Shown: one piece after another, positions 39,285-50,172 of the stretch
Layout: each line of letters starts with the position of its first letter
Numbering within the stretch: position 1 is the stretch's first letter
DNA from: an uncultured virus (IMG/VR IMGVR_UViG_3300001605_000027)
Lineage: Duplodnaviria > Heunggongvirae > Uroviricota > Caudoviricetes
Strand: one strand, 5' to 3'
Length of the DNA: 64,000 nucleotides
IMG/VR virus record: IMGVR_UViG_3300001605_000027
Translations under genes and position numbers: made by a program
Notes under the pieces: model-generated
Told to the model about the DNA's origin: nothing
Databases searched by the model: none
The model's input: the letters and a program-made list of their open reading frames with translations, nothing else

Positions 39285-40048
39285 TCGCAGTACACCGTAT
39301 CCACAATCGGGGCACCGTTTTCTGGACGAGCAAGCCCAAATCGCTCGACTTCTAAATCCGCTGGCGACAAGTTGTAGACCATTGATCGTATCTGGACGCT
39401 GCCGACGCTTTGAACTGGAACCATGCGATACTTGTATCGTTTGTTGCCAAAAGACACCGGCACCCCGTTATGAACGACGCGGTGAAGGTCCACTTCAGCC
39501 CCGCCGATCTCAACATCTGGCGACGGACTACCTGGTATTGTTACCGGCCCCCGAAACACAACCGTATCAAGTCTCGCAAACTCATAGAACGATCCGTTCC
39601 AACTCACTTCGATCATCTCGCCTTCGGCAACGTATGTGCAACCGGTGGCACCGTATCGGATGGCCATCGTGTTGACGGCCATGCCATCGGGGACGTCGGA
39701 CTGTGGCCCGATCCGCTGCGTCGCCCAATCCAATGCACGTGACGACGTCGACTGCAAAAACTGCCCGGTTGTCTGCCCCGGGATCGGCGTGATAGTCCCG
39801 TTGCTGGCACGATTGACTTTCGTGAATCCAACCCAGCGAAACGGGAAAATGAAGTCGCTGTCGGGATCGTCGGGGTAGTCGCCATCGTACCGCATGGTTA
39901 CCGCTATTCGCGACGCCGCCCCCGGTGTGCCCGGTCGACGCATGGCGTCAGTCCGCACCGCGTCGACGATGCGACGCATCAGCGTCTCATTGATCGGATC
40001 GCCAGCGTGTGGGCGTTGCGGCGTCGGCACCGACGGAATCATGCTCAT
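39281..40048 (-). CDS. Putative tail protein
   Basis: Coupled ORF in the minus-strand structural block. Confidence 0.4.
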   Translation of the reverse strand: MSMIPSVPTPQRPHAGDPINETLMRRIVDAVRTDAMRRPGTPGAASRIAVTMRYDGDYPDDPDSDFIFPFRWVGFTKVNRASNGTITPIPGQTTGQFLQSTSSRALDWATQRIGPQSDVPDGMAVNTMAIRYGATGCTYVAEGEMIEVSWNGSFYEFARLDTVVFRGPVTIPGSPSPDVEIGGAEVDLHRVVHNGVPVSFGNKRYKYRMVPVQSVGSVQIRSMVYNLSPADLEVERFGLARPENGAPIVDTVYCE

Positions 40049-40965
40049 GGCGTTATTGCCTGCGGGACCGGTGGGGACTGCGGGAACAACGACTCGATTT
40101 GTGCGATCGTCACCGTGCGATGCAGCGGCTTTTCGTGATCCTCGTCATGGAACAACTTCCGCCATTTCTGCGTCCGGCTGTCGTACACGTGCTGCCACGT
40201 CAATTGCAGCGGTTCGCTTTCTTCTTCTTCGCCGACGGTCGTGTCGGTGGCATTGCGTTCGTGCCACGTGTAGGTGACGCGGTAATCCTGAGTTCCGTCG
40301 GACGCGTAGCGGTAGCTGATTTGTGCGCCCAGAAACTTCAGGCATTCGGCCTTAACACCGGGGAACAGCGGATGATCGTCGGGAAAGTCGACTTTGTTGA
40401 CCCTTGCCGAGTTCAGGCGGATTTGACGAAAGGGGACGTCGGATAGTTGCAGGTGATGACGCGTAAAAACATGGCTGATAACGTCGATCTGGATCGTCGC
40501 CGCGAGCGATTCGTCCAACGCTGGCGTATCTTCGTCCTCCCAGTACATTCGACTGCCGGGGAGCGTCTGAAACTCGCCGCCGAAGTCCCAATTTCGTTCC
40601 ACCATGTCGAGAATCGGCGGCTCGCTGGATTCGTCGTCGGCTTCGTATGGCAGCGGCGAATAAGTGATCGTCGCCAGATATTTGTCATAGACGGAAATCG
40701 AGCCAGACTTCTCACGGGCCTTGCCCATGGGGACGATATCGAGCGAATCGACGAAGAATCGGTAGCCACGAATGGGATACTGCCCCGGCGGGCGGAATGG
40801 CGGGAAGCACTCGTTGACCAGTGCGTCGGCGGCTGCTTCGCCAGGGACGATCAACATTCGAGTATTCTTACGCGTTTGGCGGTTCATCGAGAACCGAGGC
40901 CCCCGCCCGTCGTCGGTCGCTTCCTCGTAGTGACTCAGTCCACCTAGTACAGCCCTAACACCCAC
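40045..40965 (-). CDS. Putative tail tip/hub protein
   Basis: GTG start after GGAG; beta-rich with VNKVDF..FPG..CLKFLGA and YRVTYTW patterns, recalled from genes that follow tape measures. Confidence 0.5.
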   Translation of the reverse strand: MGVRAVLGGLSHYEEATDDGRGPRFSMNRQTRKNTRMLIVPGEAAADALVNECFPPFRPPGQYPIRGYRFFVDSLDIVPMGKAREKSGSISVYDKYLATITYSPLPYEADDESSEPPILDMVERNWDFGGEFQTLPGSRMYWEDEDTPALDESLAATIQIDVISHVFTRHHLQLSDVPFRQIRLNSARVNKVDFPDDHPLFPGVKAECLKFLGAQISYRYASDGTQDYRVTYTWHERNATDTTVGEEEESEPLQLTWQHVYDSRTQKWRKLFHDEDHEKPLHRTVTIAQIESLFPQSPPVPQAITP

Positions 40966-40976
40966 GGAAAACTCCA

Positions 40977-41648
40977 ATGCGTTTGATTCTTTTGATCGCC
41001 GTCGCCCTGTCCGCCGGTTGCACCAACGCCCCGCAGTCGCCGCCCGATCCGAACGAGAACACCATGCAGTTGTTCGGCGACACCGTCGAAATCCCAACAG
41101 ACACCGAGTGGCCGGTGATGGTCCGCAGCGGTCATGTCGTCGTGTCCGTTTATCCGCCGATTGCGTCGAAAGTCAAACTCGAAGTCGAAAATACCGACGG
41201 CCAGTGGTCGCCGATGGATCGAGAGTCACCGCTGGCCAACGAAACGATGGTCGTTGTCCCCTACCGTGTGGCCAACGTATCGAACGCCACGTCGTTCGCG
41301 ATCGATGATTCGGTGACGATCATTTGCAAACTGGTGGACTGGCGGGAACGGCAGCGGTACATCGGTTCGATCGACCACCACAAGCCTGACCGCGACACCG
41401 CCAGTCCGATGCGAGTCGTCGCACCCGCCGACGGGTATCTCGGTGGCATCGTTCAGAATCGACCATACAAACTGCCGCCCGGAGCGTCGGCGGCTGGGGC
41501 TGCGGTATTCCGGGCTGTCGACATTGCGACGCTAACCGACGGCGACGATCGCAACTTGGCCATTTCATGCGTCGTGGCTTCGGATTCGACTGGCAATAAA
41601 GCCGCTGTACTGGTCGATATTCCGGCCAGTTTTGCGGTTCCGAAATAA
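40977..41648 (+). CDS. Lipoprotein
   Basis: MRLILLIAVALSAG|C lipobox. Confidence 0.7.
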   Translation: MRLILLIAVALSAGCTNAPQSPPDPNENTMQLFGDTVEIPTDTEWPVMVRSGHVVVSVYPPIASKVKLEVENTDGQWSPMDRESPLANETMVVVPYRVANVSNATSFAIDDSVTIICKLVDWRERQRYIGSIDHHKPDRDTASPMRVVAPADGYLGGIVQNRPYKLPPGASAAGAAVFRAVDIATLTDGDDRNLAISCVVASDSTGNKAAVLVDIPASFAVPK

Positions 41649-41666
41649 TCGCACAATTTTTATTTG

Positions 41667-41703
41667 TTTTGCTGTTGACAGATAGAACGGTAGCCGATAA
41701 ATT
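41667..41703 (+). promoter_or_regulatory. Phage promoter family copy
   Basis: TTTTGCTG-TTGACA(41675)-17 nt ending GCCGA-TAAATT. Confidence 0.85.
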
Positions 41704-41750
41704 GGTTACTCGCAGTTAGTTTTCTATCACTCGCAACCAAGGCAAAACAA

Positions 41751-43109
41751 ATGGCATTCGAAAAATGGCTCGATACTTTCATCGAAGAAAAGGGCATCGA
41801 CACCGAACGAATTATTGAGGCCGAAGGCCGCAGCGGTGCAAACTTCATCCCCGTTGGCTGCTTAGTCGAAGCGATCAAGGCCGCCCCGCTACGTGAGCAA
41901 CAGCAAATCAAGACGACAATCGTCAAAATCGACTTTTGCAACGGCGACGTGATGCATTTCTTTCGCCACTTGGCCCAAGCAATCGCCCGCTGATTCACAA
42001 CACCACCGCCAGAAAGCCAATCAAATGTCGATCGTCGCCGCCCACTACGCAACCACCAAAGCCGAAGTAAAGTTCCAAGTTTACTACGGCTCGAATAATC
42101 AAGAGACAGTCTGCGTTGATCGTGCGACGTTTGATCGGCTGTGCCTTGAACATGGCGGAACGTCGCTGGTGACGTTTAACGACGTCGTCAACACTTCACA
42201 ACGCGTTCAGAAAGGCGAGCGGGCCATTGAAGTACCGGCCTACGTCAAACGCGTTCGCAATTATGACCACCCGCTGACCGGTGAAACGGTATCTGAAGTC
42301 ACTCATTCACCCCGCACTCTAAGGCTATTTGTTCGATGAATCGAGAACGCGTTTTCATTGTGATGAAGCCCGCCGAAGTTCGGCGATTCATCAATCAGTC
42401 AGACCGCGAATACTTCGCCAGCCCGGTTGAAGTTTTGCCGGTTTATTCATGCGTCGCAACGCGTCAACTGTACGCAACCGACCCCGTGCGGTCGGCGACG
42501 TTCCCGGTCGACAAATCGTCGCTGGTTCGATTCTACCGACTAACTAACCGCCAACGCCAATCAATCGCCCGATGAACACCACCACACCGGCCAGCCTACG
42601 GGCCTACAATCGTTCATACGGCGTCGTCGTCGACATGACCGGCGAATGCTTGGCGGCCAACGTCAGGGCATCGACGGCTGTACGCCGAACGGTTGACGGC
42701 GAATATGCCGTGATATCGGCACGCCCACGACGTGACGGAACGCTCGTTCTGATTGCAACGTTCCAATGCCCGAATCGGGCTTTCAATTACAATTTTTCAC
42801 TAGGTCGAAACTAACTACAAAGGCAACGTCATGACACCCAACGTATTTTCTGAACTTCAATTTCCCGTCGTCCACAACAACGGCACTTCAAAAGATCAGT
42901 TGTTGGATCAGTGCAAAGCTGCGTCGTGTGCATTGGGCGACGCGTACAATGCACTTCGCAACATGGCACCCAACGGGCGTGATTATTATCCGCTGGGGCC
43001 GGATGCGATGGAACGGGCACAAAAGCAACATCAAAACCGCATGAAGCGACTCGACGATATCAAAGATGAAATCGACCGAATCGCCGTTGCGATTTACGAC
43101 GGGTTCTAG
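41751..43109 (+). CDS. Five small early genes (41751-41993, 42025-42339, 42336-42575, 42572-42814, 42831-43109)
   Basis: Co-oriented after the promoter; AAGGCA leaders or ATGA coupling. Confidence 0.65.
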
Positions 43110-44311
43110 GCCATCGCCGCTTCGGCATCCCGCGTTTTCTTCGACGGCTTGGCCGCTGGCGTCGATTCGATCGGCGTCAGCGACATCGGCTGTAGCATGT
43201 ACGTCCAATCGCCCGCCGTCGTCTGCATAATGACGACGGCTTTCTCATTCTTGAAATAGATCGACGCCGCTTCGGTCGGTAGCAACGCGTTGAAGAAATC
43301 CTTCAAATATGCCGAATCGAGTCGATTGCTGCACTTGAATTGCCCAGTGTCGATCGGCAATTCGATCGTCGATTGGCCAACGCTTGCCGTCTCGCCCTCG
43401 ATCCGTAGGTTGTCGCCGCCAATCGATAGACGCAGCCCACGGCTTTCTTTCTCGGTGACGACGGCGGCTTGTCGCACTGCCGCGTCCAGTCCGCCGGGTA
43501 CTTCATCAAGCTTAATTTCGTGGTACTCGCTGAGGTTCGGCATGACGCGTCGCATGTCGGGGAATCGCCCTTCGAGTGTCCGCGTCGTGATCGTCAACGA
43601 GTCGGTGCGGATGGCAAAGTCGTTGCCGAACATCGCGATATCAACGTCGCCGCTGTCGCCAATCGACCGATCGATCAAAGCCAGCGACGGGATCGGCACG
43701 ATGGCCCCGTTCATCCCGTGTTCGTTGCCGATAACGTGTCCGCCTTCGGCGACGCCCTGACACGACGTCATCGATCCACGGCGACCGTCTGACGACAACG
43801 CCACGACGTTGCCAGCGGACGCCGAAAAGTGGACGCCGCCCAATGCGTACCGCGTCGATTCGTCGTCGGCGGCAAACAGCGTACGCCGACAGATCGATCG
43901 GAACTGCCCAGACGTGATCGTCGTGTACTGCTCCCACTGTTCGGACTGATGGCGGGGAAACTCATCGTGCGGCGTCGTCGGCATGCGAAACTTCGATCGA
44001 CCGGCGACAATCGTGATCGCTTCGCCGCCGTCGGTGATCGACACGTCGTTGCCTGCCACCTCTTTCAGAATCGCAGTCATGCGGGACGTTGGCAACAGCG
44101 TAACGCCGGTGCCCAACACCGCCACACCGCTGGTGATCTTGACGACGGCGGTTGTCTCGCCGTTGGTCGCCGTCAATTCGAGCGTCGAACCATAGGACTC
44201 GGCTCGAACGTGCATGAACACGTCACGCGGCGACTTGGGCGGCGAAAACTTGGCGACGATGGCGAACGCGTTGCGAAGCGTCAAACGATCGCACGAAATA
44301 TCAAACGGCAT
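43106..44311 (-). CDS. dnaN: DNA polymerase III beta sliding clamp
   Basis: LTATNGE, RTLFAADDESTRYALGGV, SSDGRR, LEGRFPDMRRVMP, YMLQPM. Confidence 0.9.
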   Translation of the reverse strand: MPFDISCDRLTLRNAFAIVAKFSPPKSPRDVFMHVRAESYGSTLELTATNGETTAVVKITSGVAVLGTGVTLLPTSRMTAILKEVAGNDVSITDGGEAITIVAGRSKFRMPTTPHDEFPRHQSEQWEQYTTITSGQFRSICRRTLFAADDESTRYALGGVHFSASAGNVVALSSDGRRGSMTSCQGVAEGGHVIGNEHGMNGAIVPIPSLALIDRSIGDSGDVDIAMFGNDFAIRTDSLTITTRTLEGRFPDMRRVMPNLSEYHEIKLDEVPGGLDAAVRQAAVVTEKESRGLRLSIGGDNLRIEGETASVGQSTIELPIDTGQFKCSNRLDSAYLKDFFNALLPTEAASIYFKNEKAVVIMQTTAGDWTYMLQPMSLTPIESTPAAKPSKKTRDAEAAMA

Positions 44312-44681
44312 GGGACTTCTCGTTTAGGATGGTTAATTCAAACGCACCGGTCGCACGATCGACCGTTACAAGGCGGACGGGGATACGGCGACGCATGGCG
44401 TGTTGCCGCTCGGCTTCGACGCCGACCGAATGATCGACGCCTTCGATTTGCAGAATCCATAGCTCGGACGCGACGTCGAGCATGCCAAGGCACTGACGTT
44501 GCCAGAACTGCCAGTCTTTCGGCAAGTCGTGCGTTGTCGCCAACGGATGGCTGTGAACGATCGGGCTGTAGATGATATGCCCGGCTCGGATGATCTTGGC
44601 CACTGCGTCGACGGCCAACACGTAGCGACGATGGCGGACGACTTCCGACGGGTTGTTGTAAGGTGATGCTAGGTAGATCAT
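44301..44681 (-). CDS. DUF1937 / nucleoside deoxyribosyltransferase-like protein
   Basis: MIYLASPY, YSPIVHSHP, SVGVEAE. Confidence 0.7.
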   Translation of the reverse strand: MIYLASPYNNPSEVVRHRRYVLAVDAVAKIIRAGHIIYSPIVHSHPLATTHDLPKDWQFWQRQCLGMLDVASELWILQIEGVDHSVGVEAERQHAMRRRIPVRLVTVDRATGAFELTILNEKSHAV

Positions 44682-45470
44682 TTGAAATACTCCTCAAGGT
44701 CGCCACGCCACCGCTCGAACACTTCAACCGACTTTTGTAAGTACGGACGAAACATCGCCAGTGCTGCCGTCGACTGAAACTCAGTAATCGTAAAGCCACA
44801 CGACGGGCATTTGTGTTGATTCGGGCGAACACCTTCGGGGTGTTGCCGATTGGTTATCGCCGCCTGATAGAACTTTTCAGCCGGTGCCAAATGGCCACAC
44901 TTCGGACAGTGGCCATCGTGCATGGCTCGCACCACGCGATGCAACGCCCTGGCTTGTTCGGCGGCGTCGACGTCAAGATTGCAGTCGGTTGCTATTTGTC
45001 CCATGTTATTCAACATCCTCAATTTCAATCTTAATATCATCCGACTCATACGGCGTGTCGCAAACTTCAACCGTCACCTTCGGATCGCTGGTTCCAACGA
45101 TCTTGCCAGTACCGCCATTGCCAGCGAATCCACTGAACCCCGCATGCCCCATGGCGTCGCCGATAATCTCATCGACGCCATCGGACTCAGTGTCGATCGT
45201 TACATGGCACCATGCGATGTACGGAATGCTGACTCGTTTTTTTGGCATGATGGTTTATTGGTCATCCCCGACGGCTTCGATAAGTACCGGACCATCGGCG
45301 ATGGTCATCTTGTACTTCCAATTCGGTAAGTCGCGAAACATAACGACATCGCGATACAATGCTGGCAAGTAAACTTGCGTTGCCCGGTGCGAGACTGAAT
45401 CGATCTCATGGCCATGCAGTTTGATCGTGATCTTAGGCTTGTCCGCGTCGATCTTGATCGAGTCGATCAT
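44678..45470 (-). CDS. Three small hypothetical genes (44678-45004 with two CxxC motifs; 45006-45248; 45255-45470)
   Basis: Co-oriented ORFs in the operon. Confidence 0.5.
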
Positions 45471-45536
45471 CTCCGGGTTCGATCATAAGATCGTCAATCA
45501 GTTGCCCAGCGTCGATCAGTGCTTTGGATAGCTTGC

Positions 45537-46482
45537 TCATTCGTCGAATAACCCCGGGACGGCTTGCTCGACTTCTTCGCCAGCCAGATACTTGGCGGCC
45601 AGGTTTGAAGTACGATTCTTTGAGTTCGAAGCCAATAAACTTACGGCCAAACTTGATCGATTCGACGCCCTCGCTGCCAACGCCAGCGAACGGGGACAGC
45701 ACGACGTCGCCGGGCTTTGACCATAACTGTAAGCATCGGTCGATTACGTCCAACTGAAGGGGACACATATGACGCGTGTCTTCATCCTCACGTGCCGATC
45801 GAGCGTTGAGCGTTCGCCCTTGGTCGATATCCATCCACACCGGCGACGCGTACCGCTGCCAGATATCGATCGAAGGGTTGCCGTTTTGTTTCTTGACGGC
45901 TTCCGACGATTCGGCGTCGCCAATGTAATGATCGAAGCCGCCGCTAATCGGATCGGGATTCTTGCCGGGCTTGCGGAACGTGCAAACATAGTCGGCTATC
46001 CCTTGGCGGGACATCGCCGAATCTTTGACGACTTGTTTGTGCAACAATCCTAATGCCTTGGTTCGTTGCATTGCGGTTACGGGATCTTTCCAGATGCAAA
46101 CTTCGCTGTGGTAAATCCACTGGCGATCGGTGAAGCACCTTATAATGCCACCCCGAAAGTCTCGCAGTCCAATAACGCCGTCTCGCGTCATAGTTGATGG
46201 CAACTGCATGCAGTGAACGGAGCAGAGGCGACCGGGCTTTGTGACGCGGTATAGTTGCTCAACTAAGAATCCAAAATGAGTAAAGAATTCTTCGCTGGAC
46301 TCGCAGTTCCCTAAGTCGCGTTCGCTATCTGAGTATGTAAAAATTGATTCAAATGGTGGTGAAAACACCGAATAACCAACTGATTCATCCGGCAGGCACG
46401 CGACGCCTTCGACGCAGTCGCCATTGTATAAGGTCCAGCCTTCGCCGCTGGCCATGTTGATTGCTTGGACTTGTGACATCAT
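45537..46482 (-). CDS. N4-C/N6-A DNA methyltransferase (indel near 45600)
   Basis: LYNGDC, VFSPPF catalytic motif, HMCPLQ, VLSPFAGVGSE SAM motif, FELKESY. Confidence 0.85.
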
Positions 46483-47876
46483 TATCCTAGAAAGTGTGGA
46501 ACTGGAAACGCACCCGCTGACTTGTACTCCGTCTTGCCCTCACGCAAGCCGAATTCTTCTAACGTCGACTCTCGCATCGCTTCGGACATACCCGAACGCA
46601 TCGCCGCGAAGTCGGCCTCTTTACGAGCGATTGCCGAATGAATCGCCCCTTCGGATTCGGCCAAAATGATATGAACGTCGACCGGTTGAGTCTGGCCGAA
46701 TCGCCAGCATCGGCGGACGGACTGATAAAACAACTCGAATGAATAAGACAATCCGGCGAAAATCTCAGTATTGCAATGCTGCCAGTTGCAGCCGTGCCCG
46801 GAAATTACCGGCTTGCTTATGAGTACGCGATACTTCCCTTGGGCGAATCCGAATAGCAATTCTTCTTTCTGCTCATCCTTCATCGCCCCACGGACTTCAA
46901 CCGCATCGGGTATGAGTTTTCGCAGCAAGTCGGCTTCGTAGTTGGTATCGCACCATACGATTACCGGGCCGTCGGTCGCGTTGGCGAGTTCGGCGGCCTT
47001 CGTGCATCGTGCCGTATTCGTCATCCGCTTTTCTTCGTGCAACGTCGTCGCCGATATGCCGCTGGTATTGAACAGAAAGCCGTCGGGGGCGTCTTGTTCG
47101 TCGATCTCCACCAGATGCCGCTGGACTCGCAATTCTGGCAATTCATAGCCGGTGTCGTCGCCGCCAATCTCCGACGGCTTGGCGATGCAGACGGCCCACT
47201 GGCTGACCCATCGCCAGAACTCTTGACGGGCATGGCCCATCAACACCCATCGACTGGTGTCGCCGGAGTCGTGGTAGAAGTATCGATTGAGCATATCAAC
47301 GGACTGGCAGACACCAAGAAACTCGGCATGGTTGCCAAGCTCCATGTGATCGTTCGGGGCTGGCGTTGCCGTGCAAGCCAGTCGGTATCGAACGCCATGA
47401 TAGCGATCGATAATCTGTTGCTTCGTCTTGCCGCTTTGGCCCTTGAGTATTCCAGATTCGTCGAGAACGACACCGCCCCACTGGACACCATCGAATAGGT
47501 GAATCTTCTCATAATTGACGACGTTGATTCCGGCGATCACTTCCGAAGCGTCGTTGACCACGGCGACCGGGCAGGCGATGCCAAACTTCTCGGCTTCGCG
47601 TTTGGTTTGATGCCGAACACCGACCGGCGAATGGACAACGACGGGCATACCGGTATGGTAGAAAACTTGCTCAGCCCACGATAGCTGTTGCAGCGTCTTA
47701 CCTAAGCCGGGTTCTTCGAACAGTGCCGCCCGCCCTCGTTTCAACGCCCAGACGACAACCCGACGTTGCCAATCAAATAGGTTGACATTTAACGCCGACG
47801 GATCGACATCAAAGCCTATGCACTCGACTGGCTTGCGTTTGGACGCGATGAATTGTTGATAGCTTTGCAAGATCAT
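46482..47876 (-). CDS. SF2 (SNF2-like) helicase paired with the methyltransferase
   Basis: PGLGKT, VLDES, CTATPAPND, QSVRRCWRFGQ. Confidence 0.85.
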   Translation of the reverse strand: MILQSYQQFIASKRKPVECIGFDVDPSALNVNLFDWQRRVVVWALKRGRAALFEEPGLGKTLQQLSWAEQVFYHTGMPVVVHSPVGVRHQTKREAEKFGIACPVAVVNDASEVIAGINVVNYEKIHLFDGVQWGGVVLDESGILKGQSGKTKQQIIDRYHGVRYRLACTATPAPNDHMELGNHAEFLGVCQSVDMLNRYFYHDSGDTSRWVLMGHARQEFWRWVSQWAVCIAKPSEIGGDDTGYELPELRVQRHLVEIDEQDAPDGFLFNTSGISATTLHEEKRMTNTARCTKAAELANATDGPVIVWCDTNYEADLLRKLIPDAVEVRGAMKDEQKEELLFGFAQGKYRVLISKPVISGHGCNWQHCNTEIFAGLSYSFELFYQSVRRCWRFGQTQPVDVHIILAESEGAIHSAIARKEADFAAMRSGMSEAMRESTLEEFGLREGKTEYKSAGAFPVPHFLG

Positions 47877-47900
47877 AAGTCATTCCGTTTGTGTGGTGTC

Positions 47901-47929
47901 AGTTTACCGACTAACCGATAAACCGACAA
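47901..47929 (-). promoter_or_regulatory. Phage promoter family copy
   Basis: TTGTCG-gtttatcggttagtcgg-TAAACT; spacer is 15/17 identical to the copy at 59793-59809. Confidence 0.7.
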
Positions 47930-47948
47930 GCGGTTAAATAGTAGATTT

Positions 47949-48407
47949 TCAAAACTTGGCCCGATATTCAAATCGGTGTGCGTCGCTGCCATCGGTGAAC
48001 CGACCGCCAATCGTTCGCGTCCATCGCATGCCCATATCCTTACAGAACAATTGGGCGGGCAGATTCGTTTCGACGACGTCGGTGAACAACAGATAACGTT
48101 TGTCGCGTGATAGCTTGCCCAGCAGTTTTTGAAACATAGCGAAACCAACGGACTGGCGGCGATGATCGGGATGCACGGCCATCGTCAGTATCTCGATCGA
48201 CGTTTTGCTAAGTCGATAAACCATATGGCCAACGACTTGGCCGTCGCGTTCGGCGACCATGCCGACTTGTCGATGGGCGGTGATGGCTTCGATCATTTCC
48301 TCTTGCGTCCACGGATCGTCGAACGAGCCGTATTCGATCGACATGACCGAAGGCAGGTCACGACGAATCATCCAGCGGACGTGGGTTGCGGTTGATTGGG
48401 TTGTCAT
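47949..48407 (-). CDS. rimI: RimI-like GNAT acetyltransferase
   Basis: HVRWMIRRDLP, MAVHPDHRRQSVG acetyl-CoA motif, ETNLPAQLF. Confidence 0.75.
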   Translation of the reverse strand: MTTQSTATHVRWMIRRDLPSVMSIEYGSFDDPWTQEEMIEAITAHRQVGMVAERDGQVVGHMVYRLSKTSIEILTMAVHPDHRRQSVGFAMFQKLLGKLSRDKRYLLFTDVVETNLPAQLFCKDMGMRWTRTIGGRFTDGSDAHRFEYRAKF

Positions 48408-49096
48408 AGCGGCACGCGGTATTCGGTATGCGGGCAGTATTCGGCACCGATTCGCTCGGCGGTTCGCTGGTCCCATGGGTTGCGAGAGCCAGCGGCCCGC
48501 AGTTCAATGTCACTTCGGTTGACATCATCATGGGTCGCCCGTCGATAACCCTTGCCAACGCCATCGGGATCGTCGTTGATGGGCTGCGGCTCAACGGGGA
48601 CGCGGTAGATAAGCGTCGGATACTTCGAGAGAGCAACGCCGACGCTGACTCGCGATCGTGGCCCCCATGCTTTTGTGAGCGTGTCCCACATTTCGATTCG
48701 TGGGTTGTCTTTGTCGTCGTCGGTTGCCAGCCGGTAGCCGTTGCCAACGTCGATGTCATTGATTGGCCGTGGCTTCGGCTCAAATTGTGTCAGTCCAATC
48801 GACACGTTGGTAACGCTATATGAATGATCGCCAACTGTTATCGTTGTGCCAGTCGTCGGATTATTCGATTCATGCATCTGAATCGCCCGGGTGATCGCGT
48901 CGCGGGCTTCGCTCAAATCTTGCAACGTGTCGCCCTTGCCGCGAATGCCGCTGCATAGCAACTTCTTGATCGCATGCACGCGGGCCGGACAACGAACGTC
49001 GAACGTTTCGACCACCGTGTAAACGTCGGCCTTGCCGTCGACTAGGCATCGCAATTCGCGAAGGTACTTTGAACCGCTGCGGTTGGACTCACTCAT
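48404..49096 (-). CDS. DUF3310-like N-terminus plus a tandemly duplicated C-terminal domain
   Basis: DVY..HAIKKLLCSGIRGKGDTLQDL; two copies of PIND..VGxGYRxAT.DD...YRVP. Confidence 0.55.
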   Translation of the reverse strand: MSESNRSGSKYLRELRCLVDGKADVYTVVETFDVRCPARVHAIKKLLCSGIRGKGDTLQDLSEARDAITRAIQMHESNNPTTGTTITVGDHSYSVTNVSIGLTQFEPKPRPINDIDVGNGYRLATDDDKDNPRIEMWDTLTKAWGPRSRVSVGVALSKYPTLIYRVPVEPQPINDDPDGVGKGYRRATHDDVNRSDIELRAAGSRNPWDQRTAERIGAEYCPHTEYRVPL

Positions 49097-49941
49097 ACTG
49101 ATACCGGTGCCTCAATTTTAGGATAAGGGTCGTAGTTTTCTAATTTGATATGCTGCCAACGAATGGCCAGCAGATTGTCGAGTACCGTGGCTGACTCGCT
49201 GCAACAATCGTCGCTGATCGACAGCGTCGGCAAATCACGCGGCGAGCGGGACAACTGCACGTACGCTTGATCTAAGTGATTGTTGTAGAGGTGAAGATCG
49301 CCAAAACTAATCACTAGGTCACGCGGCGTATAACCGGCGACGGCTGCGATCATATGAAGCAACAGCCCGTATGATGCGATATTGAAGGGCAACCCCAAGA
49401 ATATGTCGATCGATCGAGCATAGAGACTCAGGGACATCGACCGATCGTCGTGGCACTTCAACTGATACAAAGTGTGGCAGGGCGGCAACGACACCAATCG
49501 AGCTTGTTCAGGATGCCATCCGGTGACAATCAAGCGGCGGCTGTTGGGACTCGCCGAAATGTCGCCAAGCAACTGGGCAATCTGATCGAATCCGCCGTCG
49601 CCAAACGAACGCCACTGCTTGCCATAAATTGGCCCCAAGTCGCCGGGCTGTCGACCGAATCGTTGGCATTCTTCGGCGGTCGCCCATTCACGCCAGATAT
49701 CAACGCCTTCGTCGGCCAAGTCTTGCTCCCAAGTCGACCCACTAAGGAACCATCGCAATTCCTCGAATACCCAACGCAGCGGGACTTTCTTGGTTGTCAA
49801 CAGCGGGAATCCTTGCCGCATATCATGCCGCCACTGACGGCCAAATACCGACCGGGTGCCGGTGCCCGTTCGGTCGGCGTGCCGCTCGCCGTTTTCCATA
49901 ACGTCAATCAACAAATCGTGATAACTATCCATCGCGTCCAC
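49093..49941 (-). CDS. thyA: Thymidylate synthase
   Basis: DRTGTGT, FPLLTTK, LGPIYGKQWR, LPPCH, RSIDIFLGLPFNIASY, GDLHLYNNH. Confidence 0.95.
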   Translation of the reverse strand: MDAMDSYHDLLIDVMENGERHADRTGTGTRSVFGRQWRHDMRQGFPLLTTKKVPLRWVFEELRWFLSGSTWEQDLADEGVDIWREWATAEECQRFGRQPGDLGPIYGKQWRSFGDGGFDQIAQLLGDISASPNSRRLIVTGWHPEQARLVSLPPCHTLYQLKCHDDRSMSLSLYARSIDIFLGLPFNIASYGLLLHMIAAVAGYTPRDLVISFGDLHLYNNHLDQAYVQLSRSPRDLPTLSISDDCCSESATVLDNLLAIRWQHIKLENYDPYPKIEAPVSV

Positions 49942-50157
49942 CTAATAATCATTCGGAGAAATATCAAACATCGTGCTATCAATCCAGTTTTTTATGTAAC
50001 GCGGATTGTTCTTGTATGCCGATCGCTTGGCCATCTGTCGCTTGCACTCTTTGCAATAGATCGCCAGTCCATCGCTGCGGCTTTTGTCGGGATAAAACTG
50101 ATCGGCGGGCTTCGTTTGTTCGCAGCCGGTGCATTGTTTGGAGTCCATTCGGCTCAT
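49942..50157 (-). CDS. Small zinc-finger protein
   Basis: KQCTGCEQTKPADQFY...YCKECK. Confidence 0.6.
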   Translation of the reverse strand: MSRMDSKQCTGCEQTKPADQFYPDKSRSDGLAIYCKECKRQMAKRSAYKNNPRYIKNWIDSTMFDISPNDY

Positions 50158-50172
50158 CCAATGTGTAAGGTG

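Noticed and set aside
49093..49941. ThyA as a base-hypermodification enzyme
   Set aside because: It retains canonical ThyA motifs, including LPPCH and the dUMP-specifying PFN, and no accompanying hypermodification kinase or transferase was recognised nearby.
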